Below are positions 11,223 to 22,537 of a stretch of 64,000 nucleotides of DNA, piece after piece (positions within the stretch are counted from its first letter, which is position 1; each line of letters begins with the position of its first letter). The stretch is from Malacoraja senta (lineage: Eukaryota): contig JAXLNO010000385.1 of NCBI GenBank assembly GCA_038087875.1, forward strand, positions 1,240,001-1,304,000, given 5' to 3'. The translations under genes and the position numbers were made by a program. The notes under the pieces were generated by a model that was not told where the DNA came from, made no database searches, and worked only from the letters and a program-made list of their open reading frames with translations.

Positions 11223-13278
11223 TAAGATATCCATTATTGAGCAGCTAGCATACACCAACTAAGCGAATGTTATACTCCTGCAGGAGACACACTGCGATAA
11301 TGTGAAATACACAATACCTGAATTCACACTAGCTACTTTCACACCAAGTAGTATATATGGTCTGGCCACTTTCATCAGAGATGACACGGATTGGGTTTTA
11401 GAAGGGCAGTCTGCAGAAGACTCAGATCTGGAATGGCTTGCAGTGAAGGTCCAGGACGTCACCATCATCAATGTGTACAAGCCACCTGCAGTGCGTCTGG
11501 CTACAACATGCATACCAGTGTTCACCCCACCCTGTGTATACTCAGCTGATGCCAACTGCCACCGCACTGAACGGAGCTACTCAAGATGGAATAGTGATGG
11601 AAACAGCCTCATAGATTGGGCATCCGCCAATGATCTCGCGCTTCTGTATGATCCAAAGGAGCCAAACAGCTTCCATTCAGCCCTCTGGAATACTGGTACA
11701 AACCCAGACCTAGCCTTTGCCAGTAACACAAAGAACCATCAGTTACCAACGCGCCGGGTTCTGGAGAGGTTCCCAGGGTCACAGCACCAACCATCACTCA
11801 TCACCACAACACCACTGGTTGCTCCAACATCGAGGGGTGGAACTTCCGCAAGGCCGACTGGGACAAGTTCCAGCAACTTACAAACGCAGCCTCCTCGGGC
11901 CTTCCTCCTCCCAGACAGTACCAACCTGGACTCTTCCAACCAGGCCTACTGCAACATGCTTATCAGTGCAGGCAAGAAAACCATCCCCCGTGGATACCAG
12001 AGGGATTACATTCCATGTTGGGATGATGAGTGTCAACAGCTATACGAAGATCGTACGGCTGCTGGCACCAAAGAGGATTCTGAAACCACTGCCACCACAT
12101 TGCTCACACGCTTGGATGAGAAACGATAAGAACGCTGGATTGAGAAGGTTGAATCGATCGATTTCACCAACACCAACACGGTAAAGCATGCCACACAGTC
12201 AACCGCCTGACCGGCAGAGTTACGTCCAAACCCGACAAATACCCAGTGACACAGTGACCATCATAGACCCTCAACTACCCCACGAGCAGGTTGGTTTCCG
12301 CCAAGGTCGACCCACTGCGAACCCTCCTCACCCAAGACATCGAGGACTGTTTTGAGGCAAATGAGAAGGCAGGGGTTGTTCTTATGGATCTGACAGCTGT
12401 CTATGACACCGTGTGGCACCGGGGACTAACTGCAAAGCTACTTTGGGTGCTGCCAGACAGGCGCATGGTACGCTACATCATGGAGCTGATATTTAACCGC
12501 AGCTTTGTGCTTAAGACCAGTGATGGACAGCAGAGTACGCTAAAGGGCCTGTCCCACGGGCATGCAACTCCATGCGGCAAGCGCGACCTAACCGCAAGCG
12601 GGGGGCCATGCGGGTGCCGCGCGGAGGAATCGGGGCCGGTCCCACTTCGATCACGGGAGCCGCATGGAGTTGTGCGGAGCTGGTCCCGACATCGCGCGGG
12701 GCTCCGAAAAACTGACACTGTTCAAAAATTCCATGCGGCAACGATTTGGTAGCGCTTGCCGCATGCAGCCGCAGACAGCCGCATGCTGGTGGGACCGGCC
12801 CTGTACTGGAATCACTCGACCTCCGCGCGGCCCCCGGTTGCGGTTAGATCACGCTTGCCGCATGGAGTCGCATGCCCGTGGGACAGGCCCTATGTAGACT
12901 GAAGAATGACGTCCCACTGGGATCTGTCTTGGCTCCGCAGCTTTTCACCGTGTACATCCATTACCTCCCAGAGACCATCGCTGGAAAATATGGGTATGCT
13001 GACGATCTAGCCATCCTGATCAGACACAAAGAGTGGCAGACAATCGAAAGCTCCTTGAGTCAAGACATGGGGACTTTTGCAGTATACCTACGACAGTGGC
13101 ATCTAAAGCTGAGCGAAGGCAAAACAGTGTAAACAGCATTCCATCTACACAACAATGAAGCTAAGCGAGAGCTAGCTGTCTTCGTTAACAATAGGCGCTT
13201 GGATTTCCAACAAGCACCCACTTACCTCGACGTGGGTGTTTGTTGCTTCAAAGGTTTATGCTTCACTCGCAAGAAGAA
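11223..13278 (+). mobile_element. Mirror copy of the internally deleted Vingi/Ingi-like LINE
   Basis: ORF pieces 11302-12129, 12291-12540 and 12872-13132. TSD GGTAGAAATA(T/C) at 11212-11222 and 13279-13289. Confidence 0.75.
12544..12891. mobile_element. MITE (non-autonomous DNA transposon, possibly PIF/Harbinger-like)
   Basis: ~55-bp TIRs AGGGCCTGTCCCACGGGCATGC.. / ..GCATGCCCGTGGGACAGGCCCT, GC-rich, absent from the left arm. The TSD is not clean. Confidence 0.85.
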
Positions 13279-13864
13279 GGTAGAAATACATCATCCTCAT
13301 TAACAATCAATACAGGAGCACCTCAAGGCTGCGTACTCAGCCCCCTGCTCCACTCACTCCATACTCATGACTGTGTAGCCGGACACAGTGCAAACTCCAT
13401 CTTCAAGCTCATCGACAACACCACCATTGTTGGACGAATTACAGATGGTGATGAGTGTGAACGAAGTGAGATCGACCGATTGACCAAATGGTGCCAGCAC
13501 AATAACCTGGCTCTCAATATCAGTAAAACCAATGAACTGATTGTGGACTTTGGAAGAGGAAGAATGAGGTTCCACAATCACGTTTATATCAACGGTGGAG
13601 TGAGTGAACATTTTCAAATTCCTGGCGTGCATATTTCCGAAGATCTGGTGCAATTATAAATAAAGCACAGCAACGCCTCTACATCCTGAGAAGATTACGG
13701 AGATTCGGTGTGTCAAACATGATTCACTTGAATTTCTACAGGTGTAAAGTGGAGAACATATTGTCTGGTTGCACCATGGCCTGGTTCTACAACTACCCAG
13801 TCCATCACCGGCTCTGACGTCCCCACCATTGTTGGGATTTACCAGAGTCGCTGCCTCAAAAAGG
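13279..13864 (+). mobile_element. Old Rex-type RT fragment, fused at its right end to the satellite; its last part is repeated at 24961-25200 and 29831-30127
   Basis: [21 protein letters not shown], then a direct join via AAGG to the satellite core. Confidence 0.85.
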
Positions 13865-14602
13865 AATTTGCCTTGGTGCTCCGCCCGCAAGTCGTACTCG
13901 AACTCGAACTCTAGTTCAAGATCGTGTTCGAGATATAGTACATTCGAGTGCGAGTTCGAGTTGGAGATCGAGATTGCGTTCGAGATAGAGTTTGAGTTCG
14001 AGAGAGAGTTCGAGTTCGAGTTGACGGAATGCATGAATGAATGAATGAATGTTTATTGGCCAAGTTTTCACGTACAAGGTGTTTACCTTGGTGCTCCGCC
14101 TGTAAGTCGAAATCCAACTCGAGTTCGAGATCGAATTCGAATTCGAGTTCGAGATAGATTTCGAGTTGGAGTTCGAGATAGATTTCGATTTCGAGATAAA
14201 GTTCGAGGTCGAGATAGTTCGAGTTCGAATTCGAGTTTTAGCTAGAGATAGAGTTCGAGTTCAAAATAGTTCGTGTTCGAATTCAAGATAAAGTTCGAGA
14301 TCGAGATCGAGTTTGATATCAAGTTCGCGTTCGAGATAGATCGAGATAGTTCAAGTTCGAGAGAGAGTTCGAGATATTTCGAGTTCCAGATAAGAGTTTG
14401 AGTTCGAGAGAGAGTTCGAGTTCGAGTTGACTGAATGCATGAATAAATGAATAAATAAGTTAATTGGCCATGTATTCACATATAAGCAATTTGCCTTGAT
14501 GCTCCGCCCGCAAGTCGAGCTCGAGTTCGAGATCGAGTTCGAGATAGAGATAGAGTTCGAGTTCGAGATATTCGTGATAGAGTTCGAGTTCGAGTTCGAG
14601 TT

Positions 14603-15889
14603 CAATAGACAATAGACAATAGACAATAGGTGCAGGAGTAGGCCATTTGTCCCTTCGAGCCGGCACCGCCACTCAATGTGATCATGGCTGATTTTCCCCA
14701 ATCAGTACCTCGTTCCCGCCTTCTCCCAATATCCCCTGACCGCTATTTTTAAGAGCCCTATCTAGCTCTCTCTTGAAAGCATCCAGAGAACCTGCCTCCA
14801 CCGCCCTCTGAGGCAGAGAATTCCACGGACTCACCACTCTCGGTGAGAAAAAGCGTTTTGTCGTCTCCGTTCTAAATGGCTTACTCCTTATTCTTAAACT
14901 GTGGTCCCAGGTTCTGGACTTCCCTAACATCGGGAACATGTGTCCTGCCTCTAGTGTGTCCAAGTCCTTAACAATCTTATATGTTTCAATGAGATGCCCT
15001 CTCATCCTTCTAAACTCCAAAGTGTCCAAGCCCAGTTGCTCCATTCTCTGAGCATTTGACAGTCCAGCCATCCCGGGAATTAACCTTGTAAACCTACGCT
15101 GCACTCCCTCAATAGCAAGAATGTCCTTCCTCAAATTAGGGGACCAAAACTGCACACAATACTCCAGGTGTGGTCTCACTAGCGCTCTGTACTACTGCAG
15201 AAGGACCTCTTTGCTCCTATCTTCGATTCCTCTTGTTATAAAGGCCAACATGCCATTTGCTTTCTTCACTGCCTGCTGTACCTGCATGTTTACTTTCATA
15301 GACTGGTGTACAAGGACCCCCAGATCCCGTTGTACTTCCCCTTTTCCCAACTTGACGCCATTTAGTTAGTAATCTGCCTTCCTGTTTTTGCTACCAAGGT
15401 GGATAACCTCACATTTATCCGCATTAAACTTCATCTGCCATGCTTCTGCCCACTCCCCAACCTGTCCAAGTGACCCTGCATTCTCATAGCATCCTCCTCA
15501 CAGTTCACACTGCCACCCAGCTTTGTATTATCTGCAAATTTGCTAATGTTACTTTGAATCCCTTCATCCAAATCATTGATGTATATTGTAAATAGCTGAG
15601 GTCGCAGCACCGAGCCTTGCGGTACCCCACTAGTCACTGCCTGCCATTCTGAAAGGGACCCGTTAATCCTTACTCTTTGTTTCCTGTCTGCCAACCACTT
15701 ATCTATCCATGTCAGCACTCTACACCCAATACCATGTGCCCTAATTTTGCCCACTAATCTCCTATGTGGGACCTTATCAAATGCTTTCTGAAAGTCCAGG
15801 TACTCTACATCCACGGGCTCTCCCTTGTCCATGTACCGAGTTATATCTTCAAAAAATTCCAGAAGCATGATTTCCCCTTCGTAAATCCA
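14603..15889 (-). mobile_element. 5'-truncated CR1 fragment (copy 1 of 3)
   Basis: DFQKAFDKVPH, SGVPQGS, RPHLEYCVQFW. (CTATTGT)n tail at 14603-14628. Confidence 0.92.
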
Positions 15890-16687
15890 AATTGGAGTTG
15901 GAGTTCGAGTTGGAGTTCGAGATAGAGCTCGAGTTCGAGATAGTTCGAGTTCGAGTTCAAGTTCGAGCTCGAGTTCGAGTTAAATGAATGAATGAATGAA
16001 TGAATGAATGAATGAATGAATGAATGAATGAATGAATGAATAAGTTTATTAGCCAAGTATTCACATACAAGGAATTTGCCTTGGTGCTCCGCCCGTAACT
16101 TGAACTCCAACTCGAGTTCGAGATCGAATTCGAGTTCGAATGCTATTTCGAGTTCGAGATAGATCGTTTTTGAGTTCGAGATGGAGTTCGTGATAGAGTT
16201 CGTGTTAGAGTTCGAGTTCAAGTTCGAGTTGGAGTTGGATTTCTAGATCGAGTTCGAGTTCGAGTTTGGGAGGAGTTCGAGATAGTGTTAGTTCGAATTC
16301 GAATTCGAGTTCTATAGCGAGTTCTTTTTTTTTTTAATTAATATTTTTTTATTGGAGATGCGTACACAACCTAGTTACATCATTACAGTCTTACAGTCTT
16401 ACATTTTTAAATTGATAATATTGTTAAATATTATTACAATGTCTCCAATACTTTTTGCTTTTTTTTTTTTAAACTAAATAGAACTAAAGAGAAAGATGAA
16501 GTAAAGAAAGAAAAGAAAGAGAAGAGAAAAAAATAATAATAATAAAACAAAAAAAAACCAAAAAAACAAAAAATTGAGAAAAGATAGTTAAAGGAGAATG
16601 GAAAAATTTATTAAAATAGAAAACTTCATTCGAGATATATTCGTACATTTCTAGATATAGCATTTCATCCATTCTTTAGCCCGGGTG

Positions 16688-19600
16688 TTAGTCAGGTTCC
16701 TGTGCTGAACTGTTCTGACCCTTTAGGTAATCAATAAAAGGAGACCATGTTCCAATGAATAATTCCTGTTTGTCCAACAGGGAGAGTCTGATTCTTTCCA
16801 CGTTTAAGGTCTCCGTCATTTCTATAATCCACATTTTGATTGTGGGGGTCGTAGGGCCTTTCCAAAATTTTAGAATTAATTTTTTTCCTGTTATTAAACT
16901 ATAATCAATAAAGTTTCTTTGTGTTGTTCTAAATGTTTGATTTAATTCTAATATTCCAAGTATTATTAATTTTGGGTCTGGGTCCAATTGTGTGCTGGTT
17001 ACTTTAGATATTATACTGAAAATATTTACCCAGAATTGTTTAATTTTTATACAGTTTGCAAACATATGAGATAAGGTAGCTTCTAAATGTTGACATTTAT
17101 CACATATAGGTGAGATATGTTGAAACATTTTATGTAGTTTTGTTTTAGAATAATGTAACCTATGTATTACTTTAAATTGTATTAGAGAATGTCTGGCGTT
17201 TAATGAACATTGATGTATGTGTTGCAAACTTTCTTCCCAAGTATCTTTCGTTATTATTTGATTTAATTCTTTTTCCCATGTTTGTCTGTGTAAGTCCGTC
17301 GATGGAATGTCACTGTCTAATAAGATATTATATATATATGATATTAATTTTTCTGTATTAGGATGTTTGTTCCAACATTCATCAAGAATTTCTGAATTTC
17401 TAATTCTAAAATTTTGAGTATTTGATTTTACGTAATCTCTAAGTTGAAGATATCTGAAGTAATCATTTCCTCGGAGTCCGTAAGTCTGTTGCAACTCCTG
17501 AAATGTCAGAAAAGTGCCTTCCTTGTAAAGTTGTCCCATATTTTTAATTCCATAATTCTTCCATTGTGTAAAACCCCCGTCCAACCATGAAGGCTTAAAC
17601 AAAGGGTTATTCACAATTGGAAGAAAAAGTGATAAATTATCTAATTTTAATGTCTTTTTTAATTGTTTCCAAATTCGTATAGCACTAAATATTATAGGGT
17701 TTTCCCTATAAATTTTTTTGTTTAATTTAGACGTAGCAAATAAAATCGAACCGATATCAAAAGGTAAACAATCTTCCTTTTCCATTTTTAACCAGTCTGG
17801 TTGATGATCTATTTCTTCCAACCAGAAATTCATATTTTTAATATTAACTGCCCAGAAATAAAACAAAAAGTTGGGTAAAACCAAGCCTCCATTTATTTTT
17901 GATTTACACAAATGTCTTTTGTTTATCCTATGATTCTTATAATCCCAGATAAAATCATTAACAATAGAGTCCAGTTTTTTAAAAAAGGTTTTTGCCAGAT
18001 ATATCGGTAATGTCTGAAACAGGTATAATATTTGCGGTAAAAAAATCATTTTTATGGCATTAATTTTGCCTACCATTGAGATAGGAAGTGTTTTCCAGTA
18101 TTGAATATTCTTATGTAGTTTATTTAGTAATGGTGGAAAATTTGCTTTAAATAATGATGTATATTTCTTAGTTATATAAATACCTAGATATTTAAATTTT
18201 TCCTTTACTATTTTAAATGGATATTGTTGTATTATCTGTTTGTTATGTTCCCTTATTGGCATAATTTCACTTTTATTCCAATTTATTCTGTATCCTGAAA
18301 GTGAACCAAATTGGGTTATTAGCTTTAATAAGTTTGGAATACTAATTTCTGGTTTTGTAATATAAATTAATACATCATCTGCATATAGAGAAATCTTATT
18401 CACTGTGTCCTTTGTGTTATATCCGTGTATTTCCGGATGCCCCCTGACTCTTTCTGCAAGTGGCTCAATAGCGAGCGCAAATAATAATGGAGATAACGGG
18501 CATCCTTGTCTACAACCTCTAGATAGACTAAATTTAGATGACAACCTTTGGTTTGTAAATATTCTAGCCGTGGGATTTGTATATAACAGTTTTATCCATG
18601 TACAGAATTTCTCCCCTAACTGCATATTTTCCATCACCGAAAATAAATAAGACCATTCGACCTGATCAAATGCTTTTTCAGCGTCAAGTGAGATTATTGC
18701 TAGCTCTTCATTAATATTTCTCTTGGAATATATAATATTAAATAATCTTCTTAGGTTATAATATGAGTACCGTTTCTGAATAAAGCCTGTTTGATCAGGG
18801 TGTATTAATTTATTCATCATTGTACTTAATCTATTCGCTAGTATTTTAGTTAATATTTTCTGATCTGTATTTAAAAGTGCGATTGCTCTATATGATCCCG
18901 GGTCTTCCAGATCTTTATCAGCTTTAGGAATAAGTGTTATTATAGATTCATTTAAGGTGTCTGGAAGTTTCTGTTGAGTATAGATATACTCGTACAACCT
19001 TTGTAAACGTGGACAAAGCAAGTCATGAAATTTTTTATAAAATTCGGAGCCTAAACCATCTGGTCCTACTGCTTTCCCATTTTTTAAAGAGCCGATTGAC
19101 TCCTCAATATCTTTTATGGTAATCTCCCTTTCTAATAATTCTCTATCGTTTGAATCTAAACCTTTTAAATTACATTTTAGTAAAAAATCTGCTATTCCTT
19201 CTGATTGTCCTACGGTTTTAGTTGAATAAAGGTTATGATAGTATTGGAGAAATCTATCATTTATGTCCTTGGGCATTTTTAATAATTCTCCTGTCTCTGT
19301 TCTAATTTTATGAATTATTTTTTCCCCTTCCATTTTTCGTAACTGACGTGCTAATAGTTTTTGTGGTTTGTCTCCAAATTCAAAATGTAATTGTTTGGTT
19401 TTTTGATAAAGTTTTATTACTTGTTCTGAATACATTTTATTTAATTTATATTTCAATACAGCAATTTTATTATGTTTTAAAATAGATGGCGTTCTCGCAT
19501 TTTCTATATCTAGTTGCTTGATTTCCCTTTCCAATGTTTGTTGTTTAATCCTGTTCTCTTTATTATAAAATGCTTGAGCGGAAATCAATGTACCACGAAC

Positions 19601-20503
19601 AAACGCTTTAAACGTTTCCCACATAAGAGAAGTAGGTGTGTCAGGGTTGTCATTTACCTCAAAAAATATTTGAATCTGTTTAATAATATATTCCTGGCAT
19701 GATCTTTCGTTCAAAATTTGTGGGTTAAATCTCCAATATGTTTGTTTCTCGGACATTCCATTTAATTTAATCATGAATGTTACAGGTGCGTGATCTGAGA
19801 TTATAATGTTATGGTATTTTGAATTATAAATAAATGGGATAAACCTAGAGTCAACCAAAAAATAATCTATTCTTGAGTATGTTTTATGTACTGGTGAGTA
19901 AAATGAGTATTCCCGTCCAGTTGGGTTTTCTATTCTCCAGACATCTTTAATATTAGTGGTATTAATAAATGAATTTAAAAATACACTTGATTGAGATTTT
20001 ACTTTTTTTTGCCTTGAAGATCTATCTAAGTATGAATCTAATGTACAGTTAAAGTCTCCTCCAATTATTAATTTATATTGTGTAAATTCAGGAATTTTGT
20101 TAAATGTTTTATTAAAAAACATGGGGTTATCAAAGTTAGGCCCATATACATTAAGAAGAATCACTTTTTCTCCATTTAACTCTCCTACTAATATAATATA
20201 TCTACCATCTATATCCACTATTGTTGAAGAGTTCGTAAAATGTATTCCTTTACGAATTAGTATTGCAACTCCTCTGGATTTATGGGAAAAAGAGGAATGA
20301 TATGATTCAGCGATCCACTTTGCTTTAAGTCTATGTTGGGATTCCTTTTTAAGGTGCGTTTCTTGGAGGAATATTATATCTGTTTTGATTAGGTTTAGAT
20401 GTGCCAAAACTTTACCTCTCTTAATTGGTTCATTGATTCCCTTGACATTCCAGCTACAAAATGTTATTCCCTGGCCCCCTCTTGTCATATTAACATCTTG
20501 CAT
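16688..20503 (-). CDS. L1 ORF2p: APE endonuclease, reverse transcriptase, C-terminal CCHC (1271 aa)
   Basis: SWNVKG, LQETH, GGDFN, SRIDY, SDH; GPDG, LDAEKAFD, RQGCPLSP, YADD; CDKC..H..C. No stops. Confidence 0.97.
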   Translation of the reverse strand: MQDVNMTRGGQGITFCSWNVKGINEPIKRGKVLAHLNLIKTDIIFLQETHLKKESQHRLKAKWIAESYHSSFSHKSRGVAILIRKGIHFTNSSTIVDIDGRYIILVGELNGEKVILLNVYGPNFDNPMFFNKTFNKIPEFTQYKLIIGGDFNCTLDSYLDRSSRQKKVKSQSSVFLNSFINTTNIKDVWRIENPTGREYSFYSPVHKTYSRIDYFLVDSRFIPFIYNSKYHNIIISDHAPVTFMIKLNGMSEKQTYWRFNPQILNERSCQEYIIKQIQIFFEVNDNPDTPTSLMWETFKAFVRGTLISAQAFYNKENRIKQQTLEREIKQLDIENARTPSILKHNKIAVLKYKLNKMYSEQVIKLYQKTKQLHFEFGDKPQKLLARQLRKMEGEKIIHKIRTETGELLKMPKDINDRFLQYYHNLYSTKTVGQSEGIADFLLKCNLKGLDSNDRELLEREITIKDIEESIGSLKNGKAVGPDGLGSEFYKKFHDLLCPRLQRLYEYIYTQQKLPDTLNESIITLIPKADKDLEDPGSYRAIALLNTDQKILTKILANRLSTMMNKLIHPDQTGFIQKRYSYYNLRRLFNIIYSKRNINEELAIISLDAEKAFDQVEWSYLFSVMENMQLGEKFCTWIKLLYTNPTARIFTNQRLSSKFSLSRGCRQGCPLSPLLFALAIEPLAERVRGHPEIHGYNTKDTVNKISLYADDVLIYITKPEISIPNLLKLITQFGSLSGYRINWNKSEIMPIREHNKQIIQQYPFKIVKEKFKYLGIYITKKYTSLFKANFPPLLNKLHKNIQYWKTLPISMVGKINAIKMIFLPQILYLFQTLPIYLAKTFFKKLDSIVNDFIWDYKNHRINKRHLCKSKINGGLVLPNFLFYFWAVNIKNMNFWLEEIDHQPDWLKMEKEDCLPFDIGSILFATSKLNKKIYRENPIIFSAIRIWKQLKKTLKLDNLSLFLPIVNNPLFKPSWLDGGFTQWKNYGIKNMGQLYKEGTFLTFQELQQTYGLRGNDYFRYLQLRDYVKSNTQNFRIRNSEILDECWNKHPNTEKLISYIYNILLDSDIPSTDLHRQTWEKELNQIITKDTWEESLQHIHQCSLNARHSLIQFKVIHRLHYSKTKLHKMFQHISPICDKCQHLEATLSHMFANCIKIKQFWVNIFSIISKVTSTQLDPDPKLIILGILELNQTFRTTQRNFIDYSLITGKKLILKFWKGPTTPTIKMWIIEMTETLNVERIRLSLLDKQELFIGTWSPFIDYLKGQNSSAQEPD

Positions 20504-21499
20504 ATTGTTTCTAAGGTGGTCTATAGCCGAGCAGAGAGTACAACACGTAGAACCTGATCCTGCTACCGAGCTTCAGATAGATGAATATAAAATCATATAC
20601 ATCGCTCTTCCGAACACATCTCCTTGTATTAGACTTGTTTTTCCATTCAAACGTTGAGTTATAAAAATATTTAAAGTGAAAGAAGTGATAGAGTTGATTA
20701 GTAAAGGGTGAAAGAAAAATAACTACATCTACAATTAGTGTAGTTAGTGATAGCCACACTAACGTGGCTAGAATTCTAAAGACTTCCATAGCCTTTGTAA
20801 AAAAAAAAATTCCCAGCTCCGTGCCCGAAGAAAAAAAAAAAGATTATTTCTAACATTCAAATAACTTCTTTGGGAGTAACAAACTTATATACATACCCAT
20901 ACCTACACACACACCATACATACATATAAATATGTATATATACCCATGTGCGTACATTTACAAGCACGTATCCCTGCAGACAAACTCAAGAACAGCAAAA
21001 ATTCACAACGTTATTGTTCTCTACATGTTATATTATTTTCTTCGCTAAATCTATAAATTTAATTTTGATTTGAAAATCAAAGAGGAAAACCGTCAAGTTT
21101 TATTATGACCTAGGCAAATTTACCTCTTGCATATCCTCTTATATAATCTAAGTATGTAATTCATCTCTACCTTAATCAAAGACTATTAATTATTAATCAT
21201 TGTTATCCATCAATACAGTATTAAATTTTTATGAGAGAAGTTAATGTTAATAATTTTAGTAGTAATGTGGATATTAAATAAGTATTAGTTGTAGTTAGGT
21301 GTGAGTATACAGATTATAACAATGACTAGTAAAATTAATAAAATAAAAAAATAAACAATACAAAGATCCCGATTTTCTCCAATGTTCTCCGTCCATTTCG
21401 GTTTTCGAATGGCCTTAAAGCTCTTAAAAGAACTTTAAAGGTCCTTTTAGATCTGGCGGTCCTGTTAGTCCTTGACTCCTAAGACGTAAAGTAAATTCT

Positions 21500-22537
21500 T
21501 CAGTCTACGGTCAAGTTCTCGGTTTCTTTGGCGTATTCCAGTGCTTTTTCATGGTCTGTAAAAAATAGCTCCTTGGATTTGAAGGAGACTCTTAGTCTTG
21601 CGGGATAAAGCAGGCCGTATCTCAAACCCGGTATATTCTTCAGTATTCTTTTTGTCTCAGTGAACAGCGCTCTTTTCTTGAAGACTTCTGCCGGATAATC
21701 TCGGTAAATACTGAATCTCACCCCTTTAAAAAGGAGCTGTCCGCCTTGAACAGTTTTCCTCATTATATCGTCAAATTCATGATCCAGTTGTACCTTTACG
21801 ATGATTTGTCTTGGGTGGGCTTCATCTTGTGTACGACGTCGCTGCGCTCTATGAGCTCGACCGAGTGAAGGTTTGTAATCCAATTTTAAGGCTTTTTGTA
21901 ATAGGTCTGCCACAAAATCCCGAGTGCCCATATCCTTCTCACTTCCTTCTTTCACCCCTACAATTCTTAGGTTCGTACGTCTTTGACGTCCCTCCAAATC
22001 GGTACATTTATCACTTAATTTGATCACCATTTCGGAGAGGCGTTGGTTTTCATTAATGAGTCGACCTACAGTTTCCGCACTTGTCGCCGCCCATTTCTCA
22101 AGTTCAGTTATTGCTGTTCTATGTTGATCGAGTTCTTGATGAATGGGGTCCACCTCCATTTTAACGCTCGCTTCCACCGAAGCGATCCTTACTTCCAGCT
22201 CTTCCATCTGTTCCTTGTCCTCCTCCTCCCTTGACCTCTTCCAGACTTCCAGTATTTCTTGAACGGTAGAAAGCATTTCTGCTTTAAAATCTACCTTAAA
22301 AGAGTAAAGCTCTTCTTTAAAATTCTCTCCAAAGGTTTTCAATTCGGCAGTAAGAAAAGCTTTAAGATCATCCATTTCAGTCTTTTTCTGTTTTGTTTTC
22401 TTCGGGGGCTCTTCCTGGGCAGTCATTGTACCTGAGGCCGAGGCCTCAGTTGGGCCTTCCTCTTCCATCGGAGGGGGTTTCCCTTTACCGGGTTTTTTTT
22501 GTATCCCACGGGGAGGGGGAGAACGTTGTGTCGACAT
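21500..22537 (-). CDS. L1 ORF1p (coiled coil + RRM/CTD type), 345 aa from the ATG at 22537
   Basis: Coiled coil followed by DLEGRQRRTNLRIVGVKEG, RAHR, YRDY, LLYPARLRV. Lies upstream of ORF2. Confidence 0.93.
   Translation of the reverse strand: MSTQRSPPPRGIQKKPGKGKPPPMEEEGPTEASASGTMTAQEEPPKKTKQKKTEMDDLKAFLTAELKTFGENFKEELYSFKVDFKAEMLSTVQEILEVWKRSREEEDKEQMEELEVRIASVEASVKMEVDPIHQELDQHRTAITELEKWAATSAETVGRLINENQRLSEMVIKLSDKCTDLEGRQRRTNLRIVGVKEGSEKDMGTRDFVADLLQKALKLDYKPSLGRAHRAQRRRTQDEAHPRQIIVKVQLDHEFDDIMRKTVQGGQLLFKGVRFSIYRDYPAEVFKKRALFTETKRILKNIPGLRYGLLYPARLRVSFKSKELFFTDHEKALEYAKETENLTVD

Larger units (their letters stand above)
10543..13831 (+). repeat. Right arm of the first inverted duplication
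   Basis: Mirror of 1-5925. It lacks the Rex insertion, has its own deletion near 10700 and carries a MITE. Confidence 0.95.

Noticed and set aside
20511..20789. 92-aa hydrophobic ORF in the L1 spacer as a third L1 protein
   Set aside because: No recognisable motif, and short ORFs like this arise by chance in T-rich DNA. It would need conservation in sister copies.
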